The notes under the pieces were generated by a model. The model saw nothing but the letters and a program-made list of their open reading frames with translations, ran no database searches and was not told the DNA's origin. A stretch of DNA of 64,000 nt from assembly GCA_046563655.1 (NCBI GenBank), contig CM102285.1:1984001-2048000 (forward strand), written 5' to 3'. Positions 38,391 to 50,615 of this stretch are shown here, in pieces (the stretch's first letter is position 1; each line of letters starts with the position of its first letter). This DNA comes from Yuukianura sp. NJ FZ-2021. Taxonomy: Eukaryota. A program made the translations under genes and the position numbers.

Positions 38391-39167
38391 ACTTTCTTCA
38401 GCAGACGTCATTATGTCATATTAGTCTAGAAGTTATCCTTTTGCGTATGATTCGAGCAAAACGAGAATGGCCTATTTCGAGTATTGTAGGAAAATTGGAG
38501 ACAAGAATTTCACACTACTAGAGAAAATGTGTTTGAATTTTAACTTGACTGGTTGGAAAAGGAAAGCGGTAACAAGTTTTGTTTTACCATACTTGACATT
38601 CTTTCACCCTGATTATAATGAATTCAGAGGAGCCCTAGAAAACTTGTTTTTGAAATGTGAAGGTCATTTGCTAACTGTAAAAGCGGCGACCATGGCAGAA
38701 AAAAGAGTAACAATTGTATTAAAATAACAAAAGTGAAGGGTTGTACATTTACCAAAGTAATAGCATGTATGATGAAGGTGTCATTCGAGGTGAAAGCATT
38801 GATTATATTTTCGTATTCCACGATATTTATGTTATGGAATACGAGCGAAGCAGGGTTCAAGCTCTGGTAACTTCGGGATTTCTACAACACTGGGAACAGA
38901 AATTAAATTGGACGAATATCCTCAAATTTGACAAAGAGGAAGAGGGAGTTCAGGCTTGAAACAAAAAACGCCTTGCACCAAAACGAGTATTTATCGCTGT
39001 CTAAAATGCGGACAGTTTTTGGAATAACAGCGGTTGGACTTATGGCGGCAGCTTTTGCATTTTTCTACGAACAGCTCAAAATGTCTGCACCTAAGTGTAT
39101 GAATTTTCTTTTCCAAAAAATAAGATCTGACATAATTTGGCATCTACGAACTAACGTAAGTAAGTAA
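38391..39167 (+). pseudogene. 3' half of an IR-like gene, frameshifted (inverted copy of 8398-9132)
   Basis: Three consecutive ORF pieces in different frames reproduce the IR C-terminal half. Confidence 0.8.
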
Positions 39168-39951
39168 AAAGAAATTCACATTGGAACAAAATAATTTTGC
39201 ACGTGATTTTAATTTTACTCTAGTGGTAGATGCTAGATTTCTAGTAGTTTGATTAGCTTTAACTTCATTAAAGTCATTCAATGTTCATTATTATTACAAT
39301 GATTTTTTTCAACTTGAATACTTAATTGTTTTTAGCCGTGTTATTTAACTGCATAGGTTTGTGTAAAACCCGAAATTTTATCTTTGATACTACCTGACTT
39401 AGATTTTAGGAGTTCTCACGAAAGTATCTAAAAATGTTTAAAAAATTTCGAGTTGTGAATGTCTTTCGTATTAAAAAGTTTGTGCTTGTTCTTTGTCTCA
39501 AAATTTAGTAGTAGTTTCTGGAAGTTTTGAAAAAAAAGTTAGACTTAAAGTCACATAAGCGAGACGCGAACTTATTATGATTTTAGTTGGACTTCGTGTG
39601 GCAAATTTTAATTTTAAAACCACAACCTAACTAAAATTCAAGGAATTTTTAGGATTCTAATGTCAAATACAAATGAAAATGAAATTTATTTTCCCCGATT
39701 GGTGTAGCGAAGCATTACAAATTCTGTGTATTTCCATCCCTAATTTCCATGTAAATCTGATTTGTTATTCACATCAGATTATGAAATAATAGTCACAGTT
39801 ACAGCATTGATGAGCAATATGAAGGTCTATGTGCCAGTATGGGTTTTTTTTGTTTCACAATTATTTCTGGTCGTTGAGTGCATAGAATGTGTCAACTCCA
39901 AAAGTTTGTGAAGAAACTCTATTTGAATTCTGAATTTTCTATTTGTTAATT

Positions 39952-40154
39952 ATGATGAAGTATTTTGCAGTTTTAATATTTCTTTCATTTTTGAATACTT
40001 TGACATCAGCCGAATTTTTACCGAAAGCTACATTGTATTCAGGGTCAAGCGGAAGTGGCAGTTTTCAAAAAATTCCGCCAGGTAATGAACCTGTTCCAAA
40101 TTTGGAACAACTTGGATTCAACAATGCTGCAAAATCTGTCTGTTTAGTGGGAAC
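39952..40154 (+). pseudogene. Crystallin exon 1 only (truncated by the duplication breakpoint)
   Basis: MKYFAVLIFLSFLNTLTSAEFLPKATLYSG...CLVGT|GTAAG. The homology stops inside the intron at 40232, so exon 2 is missing. Confidence 0.8.
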
Positions 40155-40235
40155 GTAAGATTCAAAATTTCAAACAAATTACCTCGGAATAACAATCTCC
40201 ACAATTTACAGATTTACATATTATTTTTATTATTT

Positions 40236-40655
40236 AAAATCCTCCTTGTATTGAAAAACAAAATCAAACTGGATGTTATTCGAGAATTTTGACAAATAGT
40301 AGATTTTTTGAGGCTCCAAAGTTAAAATTGAATTCACATAAAATTTAGTTTTTAGTTTATAGTTTTAGCCTGCCAACGCCGGTTTGAAATGGGAAGGGAA
40401 ATGGCTAATGTTAAAATGCTTGGGCGTGCTGTCGAAAACTGTATTTATCTATTCTTTGAAAGGTAAAACTCAAGCATGCTTTCAATATTTTTGCTGTACA
40501 AATACAAAAAAATTCACAGATGAGATTAGAGAATAACTCATACATATTTTTTTAGCTAATTGCGTGTCAACTGGTTAGATAAACACTTGAAATGTAAAGA
40601 AATCACTGTGAGTGATATGCATGTTCAAACTGAGTAAGCTAAAGTTACACAGTTC
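40236..40655 (-). promoter_or_regulatory. Orphan copy of the NACHT-gene upstream/5' region
   Basis: Direct-orientation similarity to ~21611-21920 (AAAATCCTCC..AAAATCAAACTGGATGTTATTCGAGAATTTT; GAAATGGCTAATG..GGGCGTG.TGTCGAAAACTG) and to ~27345-27740. No ATG exon or CDS is attached. Confidence 0.7.
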
Positions 40656-41071
40656 TGAACAATGGCAAGAACATTCAAAAACCAAAAAAAAAAAAAAAAA
40701 AAAAAGACTGCAACAACACCCTCCGAAGACTTCTTTCTAACGTAAAAACGTAAACTCATCCAACATCCAATCAACATTCATCGTGTATTTGCTGAATTGT
40801 ACAGGATTTACTCTACAAATGTCACCGCCAATATCCAAAATAGTAAGAAAAATAGACCAAAGTATTTCTATTGAAGGAAAGTCTGTCAAGTTTCTAGAAA
40901 GTAAACTGAAACGAACAAGAAGAAACATAAGGAGTTAACACAAAGCCATACAACTGAGATTGGTTCAACATTGGCACAGCTCATAAACTGTGGATTCAAA
41001 TTGCTGGAAAAGAAAAGTGGGGCGTTTAAGTTATGTTTGGAAGAAATGGTAGGTTGCTGTTTCTTCACCCA

Positions 41072-42103
41072 TTAGCGCCGAGCTCGTCGTAATTCGATTT
41101 CCGGGTTACGAAATTCAACCTCAGCCACAACGAATTCGGCAGGATCAAATTTAGTTCTGCCGGATCGTTGAATTTCGGTTTGGTCCATGATCCAGTCGTA
41201 AATTTCTCGGTACTCCCGGCTTTTTGGCTTTTTCAAAACTTCCAGCTTCTCCATGTAGCCGTAAATGGATCCTGAATCTTCCGGGGGACAGGCCCGTCTT
41301 CCACCGAGAAGCAATGGGTAAACCTTCTCAGGATCTCGTGGAACGATCTTCTCCAACTTGATTTCGTGTTCCCAGCTGTCGCCAAAGTCATATTCGTAAA
41401 TGCAACTATTGCGGCCCCGAGCTACCAAATTGAAGTGGGTAGAGATCAGTTCTGCTTCTTCCGAAAGAGGTGGCTCTCTGTCGAACGCGTCAAGAGCGTC
41501 GACGCCTGCGTTAGAAGTCAACTGGAATTCTGGACCTCCATGGAATTCAAACCTGTGCATATGATAACCCTGTAAAACACAAATAAAAGCAGTTGTTACT
41601 CAAACAAACGAAAGTAACCTGTAACAGCCCGATGGACATGCTGCTAACAGATGAACATATAATAGGACAGGAGGGCTAATGTAATGTAAAAGGACTGGTG
41701 GATTTACAGTCAAAGGATTCAAGTACACAACTATTATGTTTAACCCTAGTCATCTCAATATTTATAAAAAGCAAAGGTTAAGGTTAGTTATTGTTAGACC
41801 AGACTCATTGTCAGTCTAATGTAAAATGAAATTTACCATCCATCCGTGCATCGCGTCTTGAATAGCGATGTGTAAGCCAAAGAACGTCGTCGAGCCCAGG
41901 ACTTGGATGCGTCGCCAAATCGGTGGCTTTGAACCTCGAATTGTAATCTTGAACTGGTACACGTCTGCCTTCAATTCCGGTTCCGAGTCTTCCTTCGGGT
42001 TTGTTTCGGACGGACCTGGAGTTGGATTGCTCGAATTATCAGCTGGTGCACCAGGCTGCACGGTCATCTTCGAATTCCTGGCTGCTGGCGTTTTACCTTC
42101 CAT
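41072..42103 (-). CDS. pRiA4b ORF-3-like family protein (exons 41837-42103, 41072-41569; ~254 aa)
   Basis: Family motifs YQFKITI..KPPIWRRIQV, LH.AIQ.AM.GWM|GYHMHRF, YEYDFGDSWEH and RRACPPEDSG..YGY. A phase-0 GT-AG intron falls inside the W..YHMH motif. Confidence 0.85.
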
Positions 42104-42734
42104 TATGGTCACAGGTGAGGACAAATACCGCAGAACAGCGTTGTTAACTGTAATTGAAAACAATACATTAGGTCGTAATTTGTTTGCTCACTTCAAATAA
42201 TATACGCAGTTGCTTTTTGGGGGGTCACATTCGCATACATTATATAAGAGGTCGCTATCCTTGTTTGCTGTTTGTCACTCGTAATACCGTCGTCTCGTTA
42301 GTCCAGAACTCCGTAACAGCGTTCCCGATCCCAACCTATATATCGTAACGTTGTTGTAAACGTTCAAAAACTAAGATTAACCTTAACTAAATTGCGTTGG
42401 CTGAATAAGGAACTCACTGCTCTTCTCTTCTGTTCTCTGTTCACACCAGCGTAAATCCGCAATCTTCCTATAGCCTGGAAATACTATAGCGATAATTTCA
42501 AGTTAAATATGATGCACATATCCACCGGTTTTCCCGCGCTGTGCGTGCGATTGCGATACCGCCAAGCTGTTGTTATCAGGTAGCTCTCAGACATCGGCAT
42601 GTTTTTTCCAGTTATGGGATCGTTTTAATCAAAAATGTGGTTAACTTGACTGTTTTTACATTTCATACATACCTTGCGGCAAGGTCCTTGCCATAAACAA
42701 AAACGCTTTCCCGCATAAATTAATTACATTTTTA

Positions 42735-44450
42735 TTACAAACTTTTTATTAGATTTTCTACAATGGAGTGCAAAGCTTCCGGAGTTGGTGTACTGCATTG
42801 ATGAATTCTTGCACCGTGTAATTTGGGAACGTTTTGCAGGGCGGCGCGTGTTGTTGGCCCAACGGCAATAAACTTTATGAAAAAGAGGAATAAGTTTTAA
42901 AATAATAATGAGCTAATAAGCTATTAAACACATTAATGCAAAAATATTTTGTCGTATTTACTATTTCACTTATCGCCTAGCTTCGACTTAAATTTATTTT
43001 GTCACTTACATGAGAATTTGTTAAACTAAATCGTAGATGAGGTAAGGCGAACTGGAGGCCGGATGGACTGAAGAACACGAAAATCTGCTTAGCATCCGCC
43101 CGATTACACTAAAAAATAATTCAACAAAAAAAATTAACTTTAACTTTGTAAGTTGACAATTCGGTCACCTTATCCACATGTAACTTTTAATTAGTTTCAC
43201 CGTTTCTAAGTTTTCAATCAACTTCGGATTCGGAATGGTCTGATAAGTTGTTATACTTCGGTATGGAATTCCCCCAGAATCAAGTATAGCTGACAGCGTC
43301 TCTGATTGTAAGTTCCCGCCAGGGTAAAGCAGCGGAAGCAAAATGGCGTTTTTCTGTGCATCTAAAAAAAAGTTCATTACAAAAAGTTGTTTTTAGTTTA
43401 CGAATGTTCAGTTTTTAGAAAAATTTGCTTTCGAACATGTTAAAACTGTAAACAAAATCTGGTTTCTGTCAAGTTCATTTTTGAAATATGGATTTAACCT
43501 TCCAAAATGACCTTTCCCAATCCGTCTGCCGTAGAAACAGAACTGGTTACTACATTCACTGGGCATTCAGTATTTCTACAACCAAATCCAAGTAAATCTC
43601 GAACGCTTTCACAAGTAGTTGGTCCAACACAGAAGATCCGCTTCGTTGTCCACTTGACCTTCAAGTTGACCTCCCACTCATGTTTAGTTTCCTCACTCAC
43701 GTCAATGCACCGACGAATACTTTCAACACAACGAGGACTTGTTAAAATCAAACCTGAAAATTCAAGACTAAAAATTAATTTTAGCATTTTAAGAAATAGA
43801 TTTGTTTTTCACCAAAATCTGTCATCAAATTTGGAAACCAAATTTAATTGTGGTCAGTGCAATTAATGCCGACCATTGGTGCTAACTATAGTTTTCTAAT
43901 TTCACTTAGGTCAATGTAATCAAATGCTTAAGTGTTTTCATAAAAACGACAGAAATTAACATAACTTAGCATAATTACTAAATTCATTGTAGTTACTACT
44001 TGACACTATTGTGAAGCATTTTTGCACTCAAGATTTTCGCTAATCTGTCTCACTTTTTTTTCTCGCTCTTGACTTTTACAATGTAAATTCCATGAAATAT
44101 GAAAAATTGAGAGAAAAGTAAAGAAAAAAAAGAACAAGCGGCAGGTTTTTAGGGTGTCTCTCTTTCTGATTCATTTTTTTGACAGAAGGAACTAATTAAT
44201 GGGTGTTAAAGTAATTGTAATAGGTTTATCCCTTATCCTTACCCTCGTAGTGTCCAGTATCCTGTAAAGCTTCGAACAAAGTACCCAAACCAGTGAATTC
44301 AAAGTCAAGGACTTCGATCATCCGGACACTGGATACCAATCGATTCTCTTCAAAAGTTTTGAGGTGGGTAAGAAACTTATCATCATTGTTTTGACTTTGA
44401 CGGGTATCAGTGGATTTGGGTGCTTTGAAAAGAATGACCGTCCAAGACAT
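42735..44450 (-). CDS. UROS: Uroporphyrinogen-III synthase (5 exons: 44243-44450, 43499-43753, 43201-43361, 43010-43108, 42735-42872)
   Basis: Motifs VLDFEF, GLILTSPR, FCVGPTT, YQT, VFFSPSG, IAVGPTT, PTPEAL. All splice junctions are in phase. Confidence 0.85.
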
Positions 44451-44842
44451 CGGTAAGAGACAGTGCAAGAGATGCAGTAGGGTGTTGGCGTAAATCAAGG
44501 TAATTGAGTTGAGAACTTTCAATTAATCAGATGTTCTGGCTTCCTGCATCTGAGTCGGAATTTTGGGAGGGTATGCCCATCCCGCCCACTTGCCGAATCC
44601 GTTCCTCCCCTTATGATCCAATTAAAACTTTTAGTGATTAACGTAATGGTTGAAGAAATCTCAGAATTTACTTGATTACGTAATTCCAATTCCTCATCTA
44701 ACGTTAAAAAAAGCAGTTCTAAGGACCATCTCTGGTTATGTAATTGGTAATCTTTACAATAATTACTATTATAACGACCGAGAATTAATTTTCTCATTGT
44801 GTTTTTAATTGCAGATAAGCGACTCATAGTGCAATTTGAATT

Positions 44843-47544
44843 ATGGACGATGGCGAACAAGCAGCCAATGAACGGCGCGGTATAATCGAACGATATGACC
44901 GTGGACGAGAAGAAGGAGCGAAGATTGATGACTGGGAAGATCCCGATCTTCCCTTGTATCATACAACCGATCGTTATGGCTTCATTCAGTGAGTTTATTG
45001 CACGTTTTAGCATTAAGACTCAGATTTTCCAGTGCCAGCCTAAGTCTAAGTAATGTCAAATGTATTGGTGCTAACTCTGGTGATTATTTTGACTTTTTCA
45101 GTGACGAGACTTTGCCAAAACTCAAGTCAGAGGAACAGAAACGAATCCTAGTGGAGACTGAACGCGTTGACAAATGGATAAAGATGAGAAGTAAATGGGA
45201 AAAGTTTCGAGGAAGTGACAAGCTGAGGTCACGCGTCTACAAAGGAATTCCGGATAAAGTTCGTGGTCCGTTCTGGGCGTTGCTGATGGACTTGGAGACA
45301 CTCAAGGTGCTTCAGAAGGGCAAATACCAGGTAACTGTTGGACAGCGTTCATCGAGATCGAAAAGTGCACGATTGATTATAGGATTATGCTGACGCGAAG
45401 AAATATGTTCGTTGATGACGGAACGACGGTAGTATAAGTAATACTCACGTTAATTTGATTTACTTTTTAGGAAATGCTTAAAATCGGGCGTGAGTATTCT
45501 CCAGACGTTCGTCAAATTGATTTAGACGTGAATCGGACCTACCGTGATCACATCAACTTTCGTGAACGTTTCAGCACCTCTCAGAAATCTCTTTTCAACA
45601 TTCTCTGTGCATATTCCGTATATAACTCAGAAGTTGGCTACTGCCAAGGCATGTCTCAAATTGCAGCTCTTCTACTTATGTATTTAGCCGAAGAAGATGC
45701 CTTCTGGGCGCTCGCACAACTGATGACACATCATAAGTATGCCATGCATGGTGAGCAAATAAATAGACATGCCCCGATTAATTCTTTACCGATTAATCGG
45801 TGCCTATTATTGGGCTAATTTCCAGAATCGGTATAATAGGCCGCCTACAAAATCGGCAGATTAATACGGCCTATTTTTGGCCTATTAATTTATGATAAAA
45901 ATCAGGCAAAATTTAACAGTAATTGTATCAATTTAATACAAAAACACATATCACGTACAACATGTCACTGCCGGAAACATGCCGTCGCCAGAAATTCCGT
46001 TTCCCAGTAAGGTTAACGATTTTTTGGTCCATTTTAGTTGAAACTAAACGACTTAATTCTAATAAAAATTAGATAAAAACCAATAACAGGGCAGGAGGAG
46101 GGAGGAATTGGGCACATGTCTGCACATTTTTACTAATCGGCCTAGTAAGCCTATTAATAGGCTATTAATAGGTTCGCCGATTCTGGATTTTTCCAAGAAT
46201 ACGTGCATCGGCGCATCGGCCAATTGATGAATCGGGGCATGTCTACAAATAAATATTTCTAGAGTTCCGAGTCACGGTGACATAACATTCATATTGACAA
46301 CCGTTAGAACTAAATTTAAATGTGAATTTATGAACTAATCTTGGATGTTTGTTTTTCCAGGATTTTTTGTGCATGGATTTCCAAAACTAGCCCGGTTCCA
46401 AGCCCATCATGACAGAATTCTCACAAAGATGCTTCCTAAACTAAAGAAACATTTTGACAAGCACGGAATCGACTCGGGCTTGTACACGCTCAAATGGTTT
46501 TTCCAGTGCTTTTTGGACAGAGTTCCTTTCGAACTTTGCCTTCGCTTCTGGGACATTTACTTTCTCGAGGGAGAGAGAATTCTACTTCGAGGAGCTTATA
46601 CCATTCTCAGGATTCATGCCAAACCGCTTTTGGCAAGAAAAAACATGGATGACATCCTTGGATTCATTCAGAGTCGCATTCCAGTCAAGTTTGGAGACGC
46701 CGGGATGGATTTTGATCGTGTGATAGAAAAGTACCAGGAATATACTGAAGAATTATTTCGAAAAGGCTTGGACGATCCTGGGCCTCCGGGTGATTCCGAA
46801 ACGGCGACAAAACCTTTCGGAAGTTTCCAAATTCCCATTCCAGCGGTGGTGGTACCTGCACCAGTACGCAATAGTCAGAGTCCAGTTCGTTCACTACCGT
46901 CATCGTCACCTCTTCCGATCTCTTCCGATGATGAAACTGAGGCTGCGGTATCGAACCCGATATCGAACCAGCGGAATCAAGAGATTCCGGTATCGATCCA
47001 ACGAAATCAAGAACCTTCATCACCGCACGAACAAAATCCAGAGGTTCCAAGGACTGCCAAGCCGAAACATAATGAACATATTATACCCATCGAACGAATT
47101 GAAGACGGTCCGACGGACCGGAACCGGACATCAGCGAAGTTATATGATCGAAACGCCGAACCTCGGACGACACCAGAACGAACTCCGACTCCAAATCATT
47201 CCACTTCGTCGTTACGCCCATCAGCCTCTTCAGTAGGTCATCATCTCATGGACTCCCGTGTGAGTCCCACCAGAATCAAAGTTCCACCGCCCGTGGCTCC
47301 ACGGAATCCAGTCTCAATAAGTCCAAACAACTCTAGCAGATCATCAGCTAGTCCACGAAACCACAGTCCTGCAAATTCTTCATCTTCACCCCCGCTGAGT
47401 CCACATCGAATTAGAAATAACTCTCCACCCAGCACTCCCAGTCCGCCGCCCCCACCGCGCTCCGTGGCTACAAATCCATCAGCGTCAACTCCAGGCGTCC
47501 TCACACTGCGAATCCACGTCCCGTACGCCGGTAGTACGAGTTGA
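44843..47544 (+). CDS. USP6NL: USP6 N-terminal-like / RN-tre Rab-GAP TBC protein (exons ~44843-44988, 45102-45330, 45471-45751, 46361-47544)
   Basis: N-terminus [24 protein letters not shown]...TDRYGFIH. TBC motifs [31 protein letters not shown]. Pro/Ser-rich tail. Confidence 0.9.
45764..46245. mobile_element. hAT-type MITE in a TBC gene intron
   Basis: TIR TAGACATGCCCCGATT / AATCGGGGCATGTCTA; perfect 8-bp TSD CAAATAAA. Confidence 0.9.
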
Positions 47545-48078
47545 TGATAACGATGCTGCCAGCATCATCGCTTCGTTCATGTTCCAAACACGACACTGGA
47601 TAAATGTCTGTCACACTCGGGTTATAATTTCCACAATATAATAGCAATACTGCATATCTCTAAAACTAAAACAGAAAGAACGGTTGGTTATCAAAAGTAA
47701 TAAATAACAAAAGTTTTACTTAAAGTCAAGGACTATTAAGGTTTAACATAATTAATTAAGATCTAGTAATTCTAATTACCGTTGACAAAGGCTCAGGGAG
47801 AAAGTATAAGCTTAAATAAATGAGAGATGTATTGTTATGTTTGAGACTTGGGTTAATCATTTTGTGAAAAGTTAGTTAGTTGGCACAGCTGAGTTATGGA
47901 AGTAGAGAGTTACATTGATTAATTAGGAAAAGAGATACAGTCTGACCAATTAATGTCAAAACTATGAACACAATGTTAAGTAGTTAAGTCATGTTAACGA
48001 TGTTTGATGCTTGCCAAAAGACATAATTTGTACAGAGTTGATTTTTGAGAGCTGCTGAGAGGAAGAAGTTTCGTCAAT

Positions 48079-48724
48079 TCAACGATTAACTTGAACGAAG
48101 TGTTTGTTCTGGGCTCTGAACCTTAGCAGCAGCATTTCGATTCTTTTGGTTTCCATTTCGTTGTTTGCCTGCTTAAAAACAAAGAAATCGAAACAATTCA
48201 AGGTTTTCACAAAATCACGAAACAACCGATTGTATTGAAATCGAGGCTGTTAGCTGCTCTTATTATGTTCACTTTTTACCTTTTTTAACCTTGCATTGTT
48301 TTCGCATAGTCTTGGTTTCGTCACAAGCCGCTGCATCTCCTTTTTTCAGTGTATAAGTTCGAGTCCTCTCTTTAGTTTGAGGGTCACAAGCTGACCATTG
48401 ACCTTTCCTGTATTTGCAAGCGCTACCTAAACAACCATTGCAAAATGTCAAATTATTGTAAAAGACTATGATTAAGATGATAATAAGTAGTTTTAATCGT
48501 AAATTACCACCGCCTCCACTCCTTCTATTCCCACCACCAGCGCCATCCCTTTCCCTGTCCCTGTTAGCAGCCTCACGGGTAATACGTTGCAAAAGATCAA
48601 TGGCTTCACTTCTACGCATTACATTTACAGCGGGTCCATTCTGCTGATCGTCATGGAACAATGGATGGGCATTGTAAACTGCTACAAATGCAGTGACAAT
48701 GAGCAAAATAAGGGCGGTCCTCAT
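48079..48724 (-). CDS. Pleiotrophin/midkine (miple-like) secreted protein, spliced
   Basis: Signal peptide MRTALILLIVTAFVAVYNA and PTN/MK domain ACKYRKGQWSACD...RT.TLKKGD...C..TK...K.CK. The last exon boundary is approximate. Confidence 0.75.
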
Positions 48725-49656
48725 CCTTGTTCAGCTGAAACTGAGAGATCCTCGATAAACTCCTTCCTGCAACAAATTACTAATGTAACTGCTGAGTGAA
48801 ACAATTAATTGGCACAAAATACGTATGATTACGATCTGTTACCGTTGTCGTTGTGTGTTTACTGCTGCGTCGTATTACCGAGAAATCCGACAGCCCGATC
48901 CGAACTTTACTACTTTATCCACTTGCTCCTTTCTTCTTTCACGCACTGCGGTTGTTGCGTTCAAAAAAAAAAATCAATTGTTTTGATTTTGTTTTATGGT
49001 TGAAGTAAGGATGAATTCCACCTGTTGTAACCAAGCAAAATTAATCTCTCGTACCTACTTTCTACGGCGCATGAGCCCCGAATTCTGTTTGAAATTGGTA
49101 TTTACAGTGAGTAACCTATATTTAGGAGGTTAGTAACTATGTTTAGTAACAAACGGATGGTTACACTAGGCGGTTCCATTACGACATTTTCTGTCCTCCA
49201 AGATCCAAGCCCGGCTCTATAGAACAAGATTTTCATCAGTTGTTTTTGCATAGTACTAAGTTTGTTGTTTTGGCATAATAAAAAAATATTTGTTCCGCTG
49301 AATAATTGACAATTGCATAAAATTCGTCAAGAAGGAAAAGACATCACAAAATTCCAAAACGTTTGTGTCGAAGATAAGAAAGTTTTTGCAATGTTCAAAT
49401 GTAATGGGGGTTATGTTGAAATCGAGGTCATACGTTGATAATAATATGACGTTAAATAGCGGTAAAGGCATTCTTACGTATGTATTGCGCATGTCTTCAA
49501 AGAGTGCGGTAGCGTTTAAACCCTGCGAGCACAATGAATATCTATAAAGCCTTGACCTTGGAGCACTTTTCCCATTGTTTTATTCAATTTTTAAGTTTCA
49601 TTCTGAAAGAGACATGAAATTTTTGTTAGTTCGAAATCCGATTTGCTCCTGGAAAG

Positions 49657-50344
49657 ATGTCGCAAATCCGTTGGTTGTCATGTGGGCTGTTGTTGGTCTT
49701 GGCCACGATCTTGGTGTCGGATATATCCGAAGTTAAAGGTAAATTAAATAAAACTTTAACTAAATTCTACAAGAATCAAAATTAATTTATTAACAACAAA
49801 AATATATTATTCAATTATTAAATATATTATAAAAAATTGCTAACTTCCGGTTTTAAATTCTAAGGCTATGACTCCTGGGAAGTTGACTCGGGCTCTTCTG
49901 AGTCTGGATCCTACGAGGGGCATTCAGGATGGCGCAGTAAGTTCACTTATATGTGTAAACATTTCAAAATGTTTGGAAATTTCAGAAATTGAATTTCAAA
50001 ATTTTGTTTTTAGGAGGATGGAGAGGCCGGGCTTATCGCTGCTTTGATCGACGACAGAGTGGACACTGCAGCGGTCACCGAGAACGATGGTACTACAGCA
50101 GGCAGCACAGGGAATGTCGGAGCTTCACTTACAGGTCAGAGGTCATCGGGAACGCAAAATTTTATTTAAAAACTCTAACAATTTTTAACTCGAAAAACAA
50201 AATTTTCAAATTTATATTTCACTTTATCAATTTTTTTTTGGTTTGACTTGCAGTGGCTGCGGTGGCAATGGAAACAATTTCAGAAGCCGCAGACACTGCG
50301 AGCGACGCTGCGAACGTCACGGAAGACGTGGACATTACTATTGA
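49657..50344 (+). CDS. Secreted single-domain Kunitz/BPTI protein (4 exons)
   Basis: Spliced translation MSQIRWLSCGLLLVLATILVSDISEVKG...CFDRRQSGHCSGHRERWYYSRQHRECRSFTYSGCGGNGNNFRSRRHCERRC: six Cys and the F.Y.GC.GN.NNF signature. Confidence 0.85.
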
Positions 50345-50615
50345 GTTCGCTATTAAGTCAACTTACTGCGCACGCGCACATGAATCACAGAATACTTATC
50401 ACAGAACACAAAAACAAAATTCAAGAAAAATGTCTTACTTTATAAGTATTTTGGGTTTTTCAATTTTTTAATCGAAATTATGAAAAATTCGAACGTAATT
50501 AAAATTTGATTTCGGTAATACACAGCAGGTGAAGGCTTTGATTTATTCATTCCAGATGATTTGAAGAAAAAAATAAATACATGCGTATTGACGCTTGCAA
50601 ATTCGTACTTTGGAA

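Larger units (their letters stand above)
33907..40232. repeat. Right arm of large inverted segmental duplication (partner 7416-12654)
   Basis: GTGGCAAATAAAATGGCT at 33907 mirrors 12637-12654; CATATTATTTTTATTA ending at 40232 mirrors 7416-7431. Confidence 0.9.

Noticed and set aside
7416-40232. Whole block as one giant transposon (Maverick/Starship-like) with 5-kb TIRs
   Set aside because: No integrase, recombinase, polymerase or transposase ORF and no TSD. The arms consist of host gene fragments and end inside an intron.
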